Below, piece by piece: positions 40,447 to 49,703 of a stretch of 57,263 nt of DNA. Position 1 is the stretch's first letter. Every line of letters begins with the position of its first letter. Under the pieces are notes generated by a model, which did no database searches, was not told the DNA's origin, and saw only the letters and a program-made list of their open reading frames with translations. Location: NCBI GenBank assembly GCA_050117845.1, contig JASFLY010000016.1, forward strand, positions 1 to 57,263. The letters run 5' to 3'. The translations under genes and the position numbers were made by a program. The DNA comes from Candidatus Zixiibacteriota bacterium. GTDB taxonomy: Bacteria; RBG-13-66-14; B26-G2; WVWN01.

Positions 40447-41310
40447 GTGATGAGGAATAAGTACATAACCAGGTGTGCCGCCTTAGCGATAACGTTACTG
40501 CTTGTTTCGGTGGTCGCCGCCGAGGCGCAGAGACGCTACGATGTCGACCCTATCCCCTACCCTATAACGAGTCCGGGTAAAACGGGGTACGCCCCGGGCG
40601 AATGGCGGGGCCGGGAGAAAGAGGCCGAGACGCTGGTAAAGTATTACCGACCTCCCAATGGCGAGGGATCTATCGCCGACCGAATCAACACGTTGGCCTC
40701 TCTCGCGAAAGGTACGGATTACGAAGTACGAACCGTCGTCGATTGGGACGCCGAACAACAATACGGCCCGTATTACGTCGTCTTCTACGAGATCAAAACC
40801 CAAAACGGTTGGCACGACTTCTTGTTCATGGTGGACCTCTCCAAACCGGAGATAGAACCGATAACCAGAGCGGCCCGCGCCATATGGTACGGCAATCTCC
40901 CCGAAGCCCTGACTGAGCAAGCGAACCTCGTAATCCGCCCCGTCGACGAGGCGACCGCGGCCATGGATAAAACTCCGCGTACCATCGCAGACGTCGAGGA
41001 AGTCATGGCGAAATACCAGGAAGATATCGTAAAGCTTTATAGGGACCACTTGAAAGTGGCGCCGGATATCGCGGGTCGGGTATTGACGGCCTTCGTCGTA
41101 AGTGCCGACGGTAGTGTCGTCTCCTCTTCGGTAATTGATAGTACTACTGACGACGACGCCTTCGACGCGGCCCTAGGGGACCTTATTAAAACCTTTAAAT
41201 TCCCTTCGATCAGCGCCGGCCAACTGGAAATCGTCTACCCTTTCGTTTTCTCAAGCGGGAAAGACCCGAAGAACGTAGAAATCGTACCCCGCCGTATCGG
41301 CACCAATTAA
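40447..41310 (+). CDS. Exported protein with C-terminal AgmX/PglI (TonB-C-like) domain
   Basis: Signal peptide; YRDHLKVAPDIAGRV...F.V..DGSV....V..ST..D..FD......IKTFKFP......IVYPFVF. Confidence 0.8.
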   Translation: MMRNKYITRCAALAITLLLVSVVAAEAQRRYDVDPIPYPITSPGKTGYAPGEWRGREKEAETLVKYYRPPNGEGSIADRINTLASLAKGTDYEVRTVVDWDAEQQYGPYYVVFYEIKTQNGWHDFLFMVDLSKPEIEPITRAARAIWYGNLPEALTEQANLVIRPVDEATAAMDKTPRTIADVEEVMAKYQEDIVKLYRDHLKVAPDIAGRVLTAFVVSADGSVVSSSVIDSTTDDDAFDAALGDLIKTFKFPSISAGQLEIVYPFVFSSGKDPKNVEIVPRRIGTN

Positions 41311-41334
41311 CACCCCACGCTAAGCACTCGAATA

Positions 41335-41360
41335 AAAGGACGCCCCAAGAGGCGTCCTTT
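41335..41360. terminator. Intrinsic terminator at the left border of the tail module
   Basis: AAAGGACGCC-CCAAGA-GGCGTCCTTT. Confidence 0.75.
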
Positions 41361-41724
41361 ATAATATCGGACAAATACTGGCGGCACTTAGTGTCCGCCA
41401 CGTTCGAGACTCTTAACTAGTTAACGCGGCGTAGCTAAACGGCATCCGCCATCCCAACCGCTTATCCTTAAACATAGTACCGCCGCCCCAATCGTACTGG
41501 AGCGGCGGCGTTGACGAGGAGAGGAGCGTCTATTACTGGATAGCTAGTGCGGTGCTAAGCGAAGCCGCGCGTCCTTCGGCGCCATATCTCCCCGTAACGT
41601 ATTAATCCTTGTCCCACGGAACGCTTAGAACGTCGATACTCTATCAATATCGGGGCCGCATTCGTGGATTATACTGACGCAGGCGAGTCCTCGGCACATT
41701 AGCCCGATTTAACGCCAATGTCGA

Positions 41725-42609
41725 CTACGGCCCTAATTCGGCTGTACGGTATCCGGCCACGACGACGGATAAGTCCTTATATGCCCCCTTGCCCGAGAGC
41801 GGGGTTACCTGTATGAGATCGTCGGCTTCGGCCTCTACGCCCTCTCGCTTAAAAAACGAGACGGGTCCGATTTCTCCAGCAGGGAGTGTCGCTTTAAGGT
41901 CCGTCGCGTCGCCACCGATTACTAAAGCGACTTCGATGTCGTCCGCCCCTGGGGAGTCGGCGGTCACCGTTAAACGGTGGAAACGGATATCGAAAGGGGT
42001 CGGGAATATATCGTAAGCTAAGCCGTGGTGTAGGAAATATGCTATGTCCAACTCAGGGTTGTATAACCCGGGCCGTGTAAAGGTCCATTGCGCCACGTCC
42101 GCAGTCGCTTCGTGGGAGCGATAAGGATATTGGATGTCGTACGCCCAAACCCCTGCCGTCTTTTTAGCGCGGGCGAGATTGATCCATCCGCCCCGCTCGT
42201 CGAATATACTACCGGCAACCGCGATTTCGTAATCGTCGACCCGCTGGCGGTTATATCCCAGGCCCGTATCGTGGGCGCCGTCCGGACCTCCGTACGCCCA
42301 GATACTACGTATAGCCACGTAATTATACCCACCCCCAGCATCTACTGCGGCGACCTCGTCCTCGGCCGCAGCGACGACAACGTGGTACTTCTTCATATCG
42401 CGGGCTCTCCCCGCAGTGATGTGGAAGGTATCGGACGTACTACCGTCCTCTACCTCCAATCCCGACAGAATAACGGCCGGCATACCGAATATATCCAACA
42501 TTGCGTCACGGGCCGCTTCCGCGGCGGCGTTAACGTCCCGCCGGTAATCTGTCGCCTTAACCCAATCCTTGAGAAACGTAACGTCGTTTACGTTGGTGCG
42601 TGAAACCAT
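41725..42609 (-). CDS. Short tail-fibre/receptor-binding-like protein, paralogue 4
   Basis: Shares MVSRTNVND...DVNA...GL.V.D...GRARD N-terminus and SVVVAGYR C-terminus with three neighbours; lies downstream of the baseplate genes. Confidence 0.65.
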   Translation of the reverse strand: MVSRTNVNDVTFLKDWVKATDYRRDVNAAAEAARDAMLDIFGMPAVILSGLEVEDGSTSDTFHITAGRARDMKKYHVVVAAAEDEVAAVDAGGGYNYVAIRSIWAYGGPDGAHDTGLGYNRQRVDDYEIAVAGSIFDERGGWINLARAKKTAGVWAYDIQYPYRSHEATADVAQWTFTRPGLYNPELDIAYFLHHGLAYDIFPTPFDIRFHRLTVTADSPGADDIEVALVIGGDATDLKATLPAGEIGPVSFFKREGVEAEADDLIQVTPLSGKGAYKDLSVVVAGYRTAELGP

Positions 42610-42662
42610 ATCCTTCTCCTATTATATTGCCCATCGGAGTTACGCGACGCCTCACGTAATTA

Positions 42663-43544
42663 TTAATCGCCGACGCGATAGCCGGCTACGACAACCGAGA
42701 TGTCCGTAGGGCCGGACGAACCGCTGTTATTTGAAAGAGCTATCTGGAGAGTGTCATTAACCCCTAAAGCCGCGAACCCGGAGTCGTTGAACCACGATAG
42801 GGGAAATTTATTTTCGGATGCGACTTCGAGAGCGATGGCTTCGCTTCCATTAGCCAATACCGAGAAATAGATTAAACCGCCACCCGAGACTCGCGCGGTA
42901 AACGTTACCCGGTGTATAACGAAGTCAAAAGGGATAGTAAATACATCCTTGTTTAATCCGTGATGATACATGAGTTCGTTATCTCCGCCATCTTCTAACT
43001 CACCCGGATAGGTAAACGTCCAGAAGGCCACGTCCCGTACCGGTCCCCGCGAGCGATTGGGGTAATCGACTTCGAATTCCCGGAAAGGCCAAGTCCCCGT
43101 CGCAGTGGCCAAATTCACCCATCCCTTAGTCTCGTCGTGCCGTGTGGTACTTATATCTATTTCGTACGCGTCGGCGCGAACGCGACTATAAGGCCGACCC
43201 GTTTTTACGGCGTTACCGGCGCTTGAGTCCGACCACGAGTGGCGTACGGCGATGTAATTCGCCCCGGTAGAATCTTCGGCCGGATTTAAATTATCCTCGT
43301 CTGAACTAATGACAATATTCCGTTTATCAGTATCGCGTGCGCGGCCTGGGTTGATTTTGAATTTACCCGTCGATGTACTATCCTCGACCGTAAGCCCGTC
43401 GAAGATGACGGCTCCCGTCCCGCAAACATCGGCCGCCGCCTCGCGAACCGCCTGTTCCGCCGCGTTCACGTCTCGCCGGTAATCGTCGTTATACGCAAGG
43501 TCGGCGAGGAAATGTCGATCGTTAACGTTGGTGCGCGAAACCAT
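42663..43544 (-). CDS. Short tail-fibre/receptor-binding-like protein, paralogue 3
   Basis: Same family; central part nearly identical to paralogue 2. Confidence 0.65.
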   Translation of the reverse strand: MVSRTNVNDRHFLADLAYNDDYRRDVNAAEQAVREAAADVCGTGAVIFDGLTVEDSTSTGKFKINPGRARDTDKRNIVISSDEDNLNPAEDSTGANYIAVRHSWSDSSAGNAVKTGRPYSRVRADAYEIDISTTRHDETKGWVNLATATGTWPFREFEVDYPNRSRGPVRDVAFWTFTYPGELEDGGDNELMYHHGLNKDVFTIPFDFVIHRVTFTARVSGGGLIYFSVLANGSEAIALEVASENKFPLSWFNDSGFAALGVNDTLQIALSNNSGSSGPTDISVVVAGYRVGD

Positions 43545-43599
43545 GTCTTTCTCCCATTCTTTATATTACCCGGCAGGAGTACGGTAAACCCCGGAGTCG

Positions 43600-44490
43600 T
43601 CAATCGCCCATGCGGTAACCGGTGATGACGACAGAGATTTTTTCGGGGCCAGAGGAAATGCCCATATTATTAAGCGCTACCTGTAAAGTGTCGTTTACCG
43701 CGAAAGTTCCCAACGCCGAATCCGAGTAAAACGACCTGGGGAGCGATTCGCCCACATAAACAACGAAGCCGTCATCGTTTACTGAGACTCCGTTACGTAA
43801 TACTCGTATTAAGGTATCGCTATCCGCCGGTTGTGCCGCCATAAACGTAACCCGATGTACCGCGAGGTCGAACGGGACAGCGAAAACGTCCTGGTCAATG
43901 CCGTGGTGTTCCATAAGGATAGCCGGCGCTCCGCTCTCTACTTCACTCTCGCGGGTAAACGTCCAAAAAACCACGTCCCGGGCCGGCCCACGCGAGCGAT
44001 TGGGATAGTCGACCTCAAATTCGCGGAAAGGCCAAGTCCCAGTAGCAGTGGCCAGGTTCACCCATCCCTTAGCCTCGTCGTGCCTCGTGGTGCTTATGTC
44101 TATTTCGTACGAGTCGGCGCGAACGCGATTGTAGGGCCGGCCGGTCTTTACGGCGTTACCGGCGCTTGAGTCAGACCACGCGTGGCGTACGGCGATGTAA
44201 TTCGTTTCGGTGATATCTTCGGTGGCCGGATCCAAATTATCCTCTACGGAATTAATAATAATATGGCGTTTATCCATATCCCGCGCGCGGCCTGGATTGA
44301 TTTTATACTTCCCCGTCGCCGTACTATCCTCAACCGTAAGCCCTTCGAGGATGACGGCTCCCGTTCCACAAATATCGGCTGATGCCACGCGAACCGCCTG
44401 TTCCGCGGCGTTCACGTCTTGCTGGTAGTCCTCTTCGTATATAAGGTCGTCCAAGAAATGTCTATCGTTAACGTTCGTGCGCGTTAACAC
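43600..44490 (-). CDS. Short tail-fibre/receptor-binding-like protein, paralogue 2
   Basis: Same family (MLTRTNVND..., GTG start). Confidence 0.65.
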   Translation of the reverse strand: MLTRTNVNDRHFLDDLIYEEDYQQDVNAAEQAVRVASADICGTGAVILEGLTVEDSTATGKYKINPGRARDMDKRHIIINSVEDNLDPATEDITETNYIAVRHAWSDSSAGNAVKTGRPYNRVRADSYEIDISTTRHDEAKGWVNLATATGTWPFREFEVDYPNRSRGPARDVVFWTFTRESEVESGAPAILMEHHGIDQDVFAVPFDLAVHRVTFMAAQPADSDTLIRVLRNGVSVNDDGFVVYVGESLPRSFYSDSALGTFAVNDTLQVALNNMGISSGPEKISVVITGYRMGD

Positions 44491-44564
44491 AGTGCCCTCC
44501 TAAAATACCGACTGCGTTTAACCGGCCTTTACACCACCGGCGGCTGCGTTCTGCCCTACGGCGT

Positions 44565-45461
44565 TCACCTGATTTCCCCCGTCCGGTACCCGGAAACAAC
44601 TACGGCGACATCGTAAGGGCCGTCACCCGTATCGGCTTTAGATATTGTCACTTGGACTTTTTGGTCGGCGGAAACGATTTGGCCGATAGGGTCGTACGCA
44701 ACCACGGTACCCGTGTCTCCGTCCGGTAGCACAACCTGAAGCGTGCCGTCCCCCACCGTCGCCGTCGCCGTTACATCTTGGTCCCCCGACGAGTTGGCAG
44801 TTATCGCAATCCGGTTAATCACGACGTCGAATGGCCCGGGGAAAACGTCGGACGAAACGCCGTGATGGTTCATAAATACGGGCTTTTCGGCCTCTACCTC
44901 ATCAATGGTAAAAGTCCAAAAAGCTACGTCGCGGACGGCTTGCCGGGAACGTGTCCTAGTACCAGAACCGTCCGTTTCGAGGTAGTGATATTCCCAACCT
45001 TGGACACCCTTCATCGCCTTTGCTAATAGCACCCATCCATCGATTTCCCATAAATTATCGGTATCGATGCCGACCTCGTATGCGTCGGCACGTATGCGAT
45101 CATACGTCCCGGCCGAAGTATCCTTAACCGGCGCACCGGATTCCGATTCCTCGTATCTATGTTTAATCGCGATATAATATATGTCGCCGGTGGTGTCCAG
45201 GCTTAGATTGTCTAGGTCGGCAGGTAATACGACATGGTATTTTTCGTTGTCCCGGGCGCGGCCCGCCGTGATCCGGAACGTATCCGGCTTCGAACCGTCG
45301 CTTACGGCGAGGCCGGAAAATATTACGGCATCTGTCCCGTACAGGTCCACCATGAGATCGCGAATCGCTTCCTCGTCGGCATTTACGTCTCGCTTGTAAT
45401 CCTCGTTGTATAGCCAGTCCCAGAGGAAATTCGAATCGTTTACGTTAGTCCGAGATACCAT
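44565..45461 (-). CDS. Short tail-fibre/receptor-binding-like protein, paralogue 1
   Basis: Same family; immediately downstream of the wedge gene. Confidence 0.65.
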   Translation of the reverse strand: MVSRTNVNDSNFLWDWLYNEDYKRDVNADEEAIRDLMVDLYGTDAVIFSGLAVSDGSKPDTFRITAGRARDNEKYHVVLPADLDNLSLDTTGDIYYIAIKHRYEESESGAPVKDTSAGTYDRIRADAYEVGIDTDNLWEIDGWVLLAKAMKGVQGWEYHYLETDGSGTRTRSRQAVRDVAFWTFTIDEVEAEKPVFMNHHGVSSDVFPGPFDVVINRIAITANSSGDQDVTATATVGDGTLQVVLPDGDTGTVVAYDPIGQIVSADQKVQVTISKADTGDGPYDVAVVVSGYRTGEIR

Positions 45462-45470
45462 CGTCGCCTC

Positions 45471-46823
45471 CTACCAGTACTTAAATTCTTCAACGATAAG
45501 GTCGCAAGCGTCGCCGTACGTAAGAAAGCCCCATCGGCCGGCCGAAGTCAAAGCCGACCCGATGTCCGTTCGCGATTCTTTGATCGTATCGTTGATAATC
45601 AACGTGAGGTAATTCGACTCCAACGTGCATTGCACTCGTTGCGATGTACTCATATCGATTCCGGTCGCCGTCGGTGCGATAACCTGACTCCATGCACCAA
45701 CGTCATTGACGTAGTATAACGCGTAGTAGTAGGGGTCGGTTCCGTAAAAAACTAGCGCGTACATCTCGCCGGTCGAGTCGTCGTAACGTAACGCTAAACC
45801 GGCGGAATCCGTATAACCTAACCCGCTACCATCATTAATAAAAAAGTTTACGTCAACGTAGATGTCCCTTTCCTCCAATACGACCGGATCAACGTCAGTA
45901 CGCGGCAAACAAACGTGAGGTACGCCCACGGCGCCGTCTGAGGCGAAACCTACTAACTCCAAGCGGCCGTCCCCGACGTCCTCGCCGCCAGCGTAGTCTA
46001 TGATCACCCACGCTGATGTACCGGTACTATCGCCGAACGTTTCGTAAAGGCGGGCGCGGTGTTCTGGACTAGCCCCTGCGGCAAAGTCAAAATCGCTCCA
46101 CTCGAAGTTATCGTTCCACAACCACGGTGCCACGCCGACGCTGTACGCCATCGACCGGAGACGGTAAGAGGGAGGCGTCGTGGCAAGGTCGTTGACTATC
46201 AGGCCGCAACTCTGCGCGGGCTTAAGGTCTACGAGTCCTGGGGAAGTAGTATCACCGCCTACTAATAGGAATGCCTCCTCAATAGTGGGTATACGATCGA
46301 CTACTACCGAAAACGTCAAACGGTCGAGCTCGCAAAGACCCCAGATTTCCCCGAGCGAGTAATCATCCGTAGAATCGGATCCGTTCTCACGCCGGCCCGG
46401 TGGCGTATCTCCGTACGGTTTGTAATGCTCGTGTATAGCGTCGACTCCTAACGTCGGCGCAAACCGGCTGCCGATCTCCTCTAACCCCTCTTCAATCATT
46501 TTAAGGGTCAACGCGTAATTAGAACCTTGTAGGAGCTCCAGGAGTTCCAGGCGATATACTGGGTCGTTTTTCGAGGGTGGATCGCGCGGGATATCGAGGA
46601 CTTCGCCCCATTTATCGAGGTCTTCGCCCGTAGCATCCGTAATCCATATCGCTTCGTAGACTTTATTGGCTTCGTCCTGCAGGTTAACCAAACCCGGTTC
46701 GCCGGGGTCGCCGACGATCTCCCGCCGTATCGCTTCTACCCAAGTCCGTAATACCGTACGGCCTTCGTCCGAGAACGGCAGCTTCCGGTAAAGGGCGTTA
46801 AACGTTTGCGCGAACCGGCTCAT
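45471..46823 (-). CDS. Baseplate wedge protein (gpI/DUF2612-like N-terminus) with C-terminal ConA/DUF1080-like beta-sandwich
   Basis: ATGEDLDKWGEVLDIPR...D..YR..L motif; position after gpJ; beta-rich C-terminus (SAGLALRY...YALVF...LTLIIND...GRWGF). Confidence 0.7.
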   Translation of the reverse strand: MSRFAQTFNALYRKLPFSDEGRTVLRTWVEAIRREIVGDPGEPGLVNLQDEANKVYEAIWITDATGEDLDKWGEVLDIPRDPPSKNDPVYRLELLELLQGSNYALTLKMIEEGLEEIGSRFAPTLGVDAIHEHYKPYGDTPPGRRENGSDSTDDYSLGEIWGLCELDRLTFSVVVDRIPTIEEAFLLVGGDTTSPGLVDLKPAQSCGLIVNDLATTPPSYRLRSMAYSVGVAPWLWNDNFEWSDFDFAAGASPEHRARLYETFGDSTGTSAWVIIDYAGGEDVGDGRLELVGFASDGAVGVPHVCLPRTDVDPVVLEERDIYVDVNFFINDGSGLGYTDSAGLALRYDDSTGEMYALVFYGTDPYYYALYYVNDVGAWSQVIAPTATGIDMSTSQRVQCTLESNYLTLIINDTIKESRTDIGSALTSAGRWGFLTYGDACDLIVEEFKYW

Positions 46824-47389
46824 TCTCCCACCACCATTCCGGCGACATTAGAGATAGTACGCTCGATATCGCTATACGTCTTCACCTGGACGTCCAACGT
46901 ACAAACTTTCCGTTGCACGTTATCGAAATAAGATTGGACCTCTTCCACCGTAGTCTGCGTACAATCAGAACCGTGCGATAGGACAATAAGATCTGCAGTA
47001 TTGGGGCCCCGCACGCCCGACACAAAATGGCAAGCGGTGACGTTCGGGAACTGTTCGACCGCCGACTTTTCGTACCAATCCGCGGTACCCATGGAACGTT
47101 CCCGGAACTTGGCCAATACCTGCTTCCGAGCCTCGTCGGTGCTTTCGCCCGACCACGTTAGGCCGAAAACCTCGTACCAGTTGCGAAGACCTGCCGCATC
47201 GCCAGTAGTGGGCCAGATGTTCGAATATATGAGGTATAACATCTTCCACGCCATGGAAAGCGCAAACCCGACCAGCCTCGCGATAGCCCGCTCAATAGAA
47301 CCCTCGCTCCAGTTGGTGAGGTCGGTGTTATTTGTAATATACTCCTTGACGTCGTCGTATATCTGCTGCTCGGTTTTAAACGTCGCCAT
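46820..47389 (-). CDS. Baseplate J/gp47-family protein, unusually short (189 aa)
   Basis: TNWSEGSIER, PTTGDAAGLRNW...FGL, ESTDEAR, GTADWY, RGPNTADL motifs. Confidence 0.75.
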   Translation of the reverse strand: MATFKTEQQIYDDVKEYITNNTDLTNWSEGSIERAIARLVGFALSMAWKMLYLIYSNIWPTTGDAAGLRNWYEVFGLTWSGESTDEARKQVLAKFRERSMGTADWYEKSAVEQFPNVTACHFVSGVRGPNTADLIVLSHGSDCTQTTVEEVQSYFDNVQRKVCTLDVQVKTYSDIERTISNVAGMVVGE

Positions 47390-47391
47390 CG

Positions 47392-47772
47392 TTACGCCCT
47401 CCGGATCGTTATCAGTTCGCCCGTTAATCGGGACTTAACGGAAAATATGTATTCGTTCTCGCCGGCGACGACGTTGGACGTTTCGGCGACGACTCGGTAG
47501 TCGCGCTCCATAAGCCGACGCCACTCCCGGCGGAGTTCGAGCAGGACGTTCGGGCCGGCAGGGGCTTGGACCAGCGCAACGAAACGGTGGCCCCAGAACG
47601 GCTCGTACAGACGACAGTACATCGGTGTGAAAAGCAACTCCTCCAAGTCGCGTTGTATAGCCCAGTCGCCCGTATCCACGTCGAGACTGCCGCCGTCTTG
47701 CGTGGCCTCGTCGGCCACCACTATGTCCAAATCATTATTGCGTGCCAACGATATTATATCTGCCTGTTTCAT
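47392..47772 (-). CDS. gp25/gpW-like baseplate (sheath initiator) protein
   Basis: AIQRDLEELLFTP....YEPFWG...RDYRV pattern; position between spike and gpJ. Confidence 0.7.
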   Translation of the reverse strand: MKQADIISLARNNDLDIVVADEATQDGGSLDVDTGDWAIQRDLEELLFTPMYCRLYEPFWGHRFVALVQAPAGPNVLLELRREWRRLMERDYRVVAETSNVVAGENEYIFSVKSRLTGELITIRRA

Positions 47773-48299
47773 GATACCTTGACCTCTTCAGAATTAAAAT
47801 CGGGCGTGGTTTGGGGTGGCGGGTATTCGGGAACAGGGGTCGTAGTCGGCCCCGGACCCGGCGTGCCGTTGCCGTGCGTGTGCGAAATAGCCCACGTCCT
47901 AAACTCATCCAGGAAATCCCAAAGGTCGTCGCCCCACGCGACAGGATGTTCGGCGGAATTCCCCTTACCGAGATGGACAACGCCGTTCTCGATTTTCACA
48001 CCTATTTCGCTTCCGTCTAAGACGATTATCTTTTCCCACTCGTGGATTTGGAAGATCGTAGGCCGATATTCGTCGAGCCACATCACGATTACCTCCGTGC
48101 CGACCTTCGGGACGACGCTGAAGCCGATCTCGTTCGCGTGGCGCATGACGCGGATGGGTACTTTATCGACTACCTCGCCGCCGTCCTCGGGTTTAATAGT
48201 GCACGACATCGTGGGCTCGTCTACGTCGGTAATGGTACCGACCGTGAACATCTTCGGGTGCTTCTGAACCGCCTGGACCAATTCCGTAAACGTCGCCAC
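47769..48299 (-). CDS. Baseplate spike protein (gpV/gp138-like)
   Basis: OB-fold-like N-terminus (GTITDVD..., VPKVGTEVIV), short beta segment, C-terminal HTH (His-x-His) tip motif SHTHG. Confidence 0.8.
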   Translation of the reverse strand: MATFTELVQAVQKHPKMFTVGTITDVDEPTMSCTIKPEDGGEVVDKVPIRVMRHANEIGFSVVPKVGTEVIVMWLDEYRPTIFQIHEWEKIIVLDGSEIGVKIENGVVHLGKGNSAEHPVAWGDDLWDFLDEFRTWAISHTHGNGTPGPGPTTTPVPEYPPPQTTPDFNSEEVKVS

Positions 48300-49306
48300 T
48301 AATCCTCGCCTCCTTCCACCTGGATCACCATGTTGTAGACGCCCCCCTCGAACACGTGGTCGACGCTATCGACCTTGGCGCGGCGCGGCGTGTTGTCATA
48401 CTTCGGGACGACCAGATTTATATTGGAGCCCTGACGAATGAGGGGATTGCCTACGGCCCGGAACGAACCCTTATACCCCTTTATCGACACGTGAAGATAC
48501 TCCTGCTGCGCCCGGTCGTTTGCTTTCTCCTTCGACGGATTCGATACCGTGTACTGGAGCCTTTTCACCGGGTCGCCTTCCTCGTAGTCTTGGGCCGTGA
48601 ATTCCCCGATTACTGGTGCCGCCTGGTAGTCGGCGTCGGCCAGCGTTACGACCACTTTCTTGACACGGCGCCCGGCCACGTACTCTAGTCGGCAGTCGTC
48701 GGCGTACGCATTCTTCCCTACCGTGTAACGATAAACGTTGGTTTTTTCTTCGACCTCTTCCTGCGAGGGCCCGAAATACCCATCCTGGGTCCCCGGCACC
48801 GCGTACCACGACCACCCAGTTTCTTTGGCGCACCGGTCGAGGACCTGCGCCGGCGTCTCGTTATCGACGCGAAATAGGCCCGGTGGGTCCGTGGCCGGCT
48901 TGTGGGGTACGCGCCTGGCCGTTAATCCGGATCGTTCAAACGCGTCCGCGGCTATCGCGTACCACGACACGCCGGCGTACGTCGTCGTATACGGCCCCTT
49001 CTTACTCTTCGACGCCGCGCTTTCGCACTTCAGGTGGAGCGGCAGATTCGGCGCGACTTCTTTCACCTCGCCGATGAATACCGGGTAGACGCCGAACTCC
49101 TTGTAGCCCATCCATAGATCGACGGCGTCGCCCTTTTCGAAAAGGTCGAAGGTGATTTCGCGGGCGTTGGGGAAATCGAGTTGGCACACGTCGGCCGGTT
49201 CCTTTTTCGTCATCGTGACGCGGGCGCTTTTCAGGCCGCGGACGTTCGCAACCGGTTCGCCATCGCGGCTAATCGTCAGCCGGAATCTGGGGTTAAGGAC
49301 AACCAC
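48299..49306 (-). CDS. Baseplate hub protein (late control D / gp27-like)
   Basis: ADVCQL.FP, GDAVDLWMGY....VF.GEV....PNLP, ETPAQVL, GYKGSF..VGNP, V..V.H.F. Confidence 0.82.
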   Translation of the reverse strand: MVVLNPRFRLTISRDGEPVANVRGLKSARVTMTKKEPADVCQLDFPNAREITFDLFEKGDAVDLWMGYKEFGVYPVFIGEVKEVAPNLPLHLKCESAASKSKKGPYTTTYAGVSWYAIAADAFERSGLTARRVPHKPATDPPGLFRVDNETPAQVLDRCAKETGWSWYAVPGTQDGYFGPSQEEVEEKTNVYRYTVGKNAYADDCRLEYVAGRRVKKVVVTLADADYQAAPVIGEFTAQDYEEGDPVKRLQYTVSNPSKEKANDRAQQEYLHVSIKGYKGSFRAVGNPLIRQGSNINLVVPKYDNTPRRAKVDSVDHVFEGGVYNMVIQVEGGED

Positions 49307-49703
49307 TTAGCCTCTCCCTCCATTTCTCGGCCTCAGCCAGATTACCCTTCTTGCCGCGCGGCGGGATCAATACTACCTGGTCCACCTCTAAAACGTGCAG
49401 TTCGTCCAGGTCGTTGGCGTCCAAGGCATCGAAGTAACCGTAATGGTGCCCATATACTTCCCGGACCCAAATCCGGACGTAGTTCGGGACCATCTTCTGT
49501 TTTTTTCTTTCCTTCTTGGGTGGCCCGAGAGGAACGCCGATATTCGTCCGCGGTTTCTCCGCCACGTTTAAGGCTGGGCCGCCTCCTCCCGGAGCGGCGA
49601 GGCCTTCCCCCTGGCAGTTGCTTACGCGGGTGGGCGGCGATTCCTTTAAATGTTCCGCGGCGATGCCGGGGCCGTCCGGCCCTAACGGGATAATAGTTGC
49701 CAT
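49293..49703 (-). CDS. Protein with C-terminal degenerate LysM-like domain
   Basis: REVYG.....DALDAN.L.....L.VDQVVLIP; TAATG coupling to the upstream LysM gene. Confidence 0.55.
   Translation of the reverse strand: MATIIPLGPDGPGIAAEHLKESPPTRVSNCQGEGLAAPGGGGPALNVAEKPRTNIGVPLGPPKKERKKQKMVPNYVRIWVREVYGHHYGYFDALDANDLDELHVLEVDQVVLIPPRGKKGNLAEAEKWRERLSGCP

Noticed and set aside
41361..41724. ncRNA or att site in the spacer left of the tail module
   Set aside because: Only short hairpins (TGGCGG/CCGCCA, TTAACTAGTTAA); no recognisable RNA family or partner repeat in the window.
41725..45461. Diversity-generating retroelement or shufflon acting on the fibre genes
   Set aside because: No reverse transcriptase, recombinase or inverted cassettes in the window; paralogue differences are largely synonymous and not adenine-specific.
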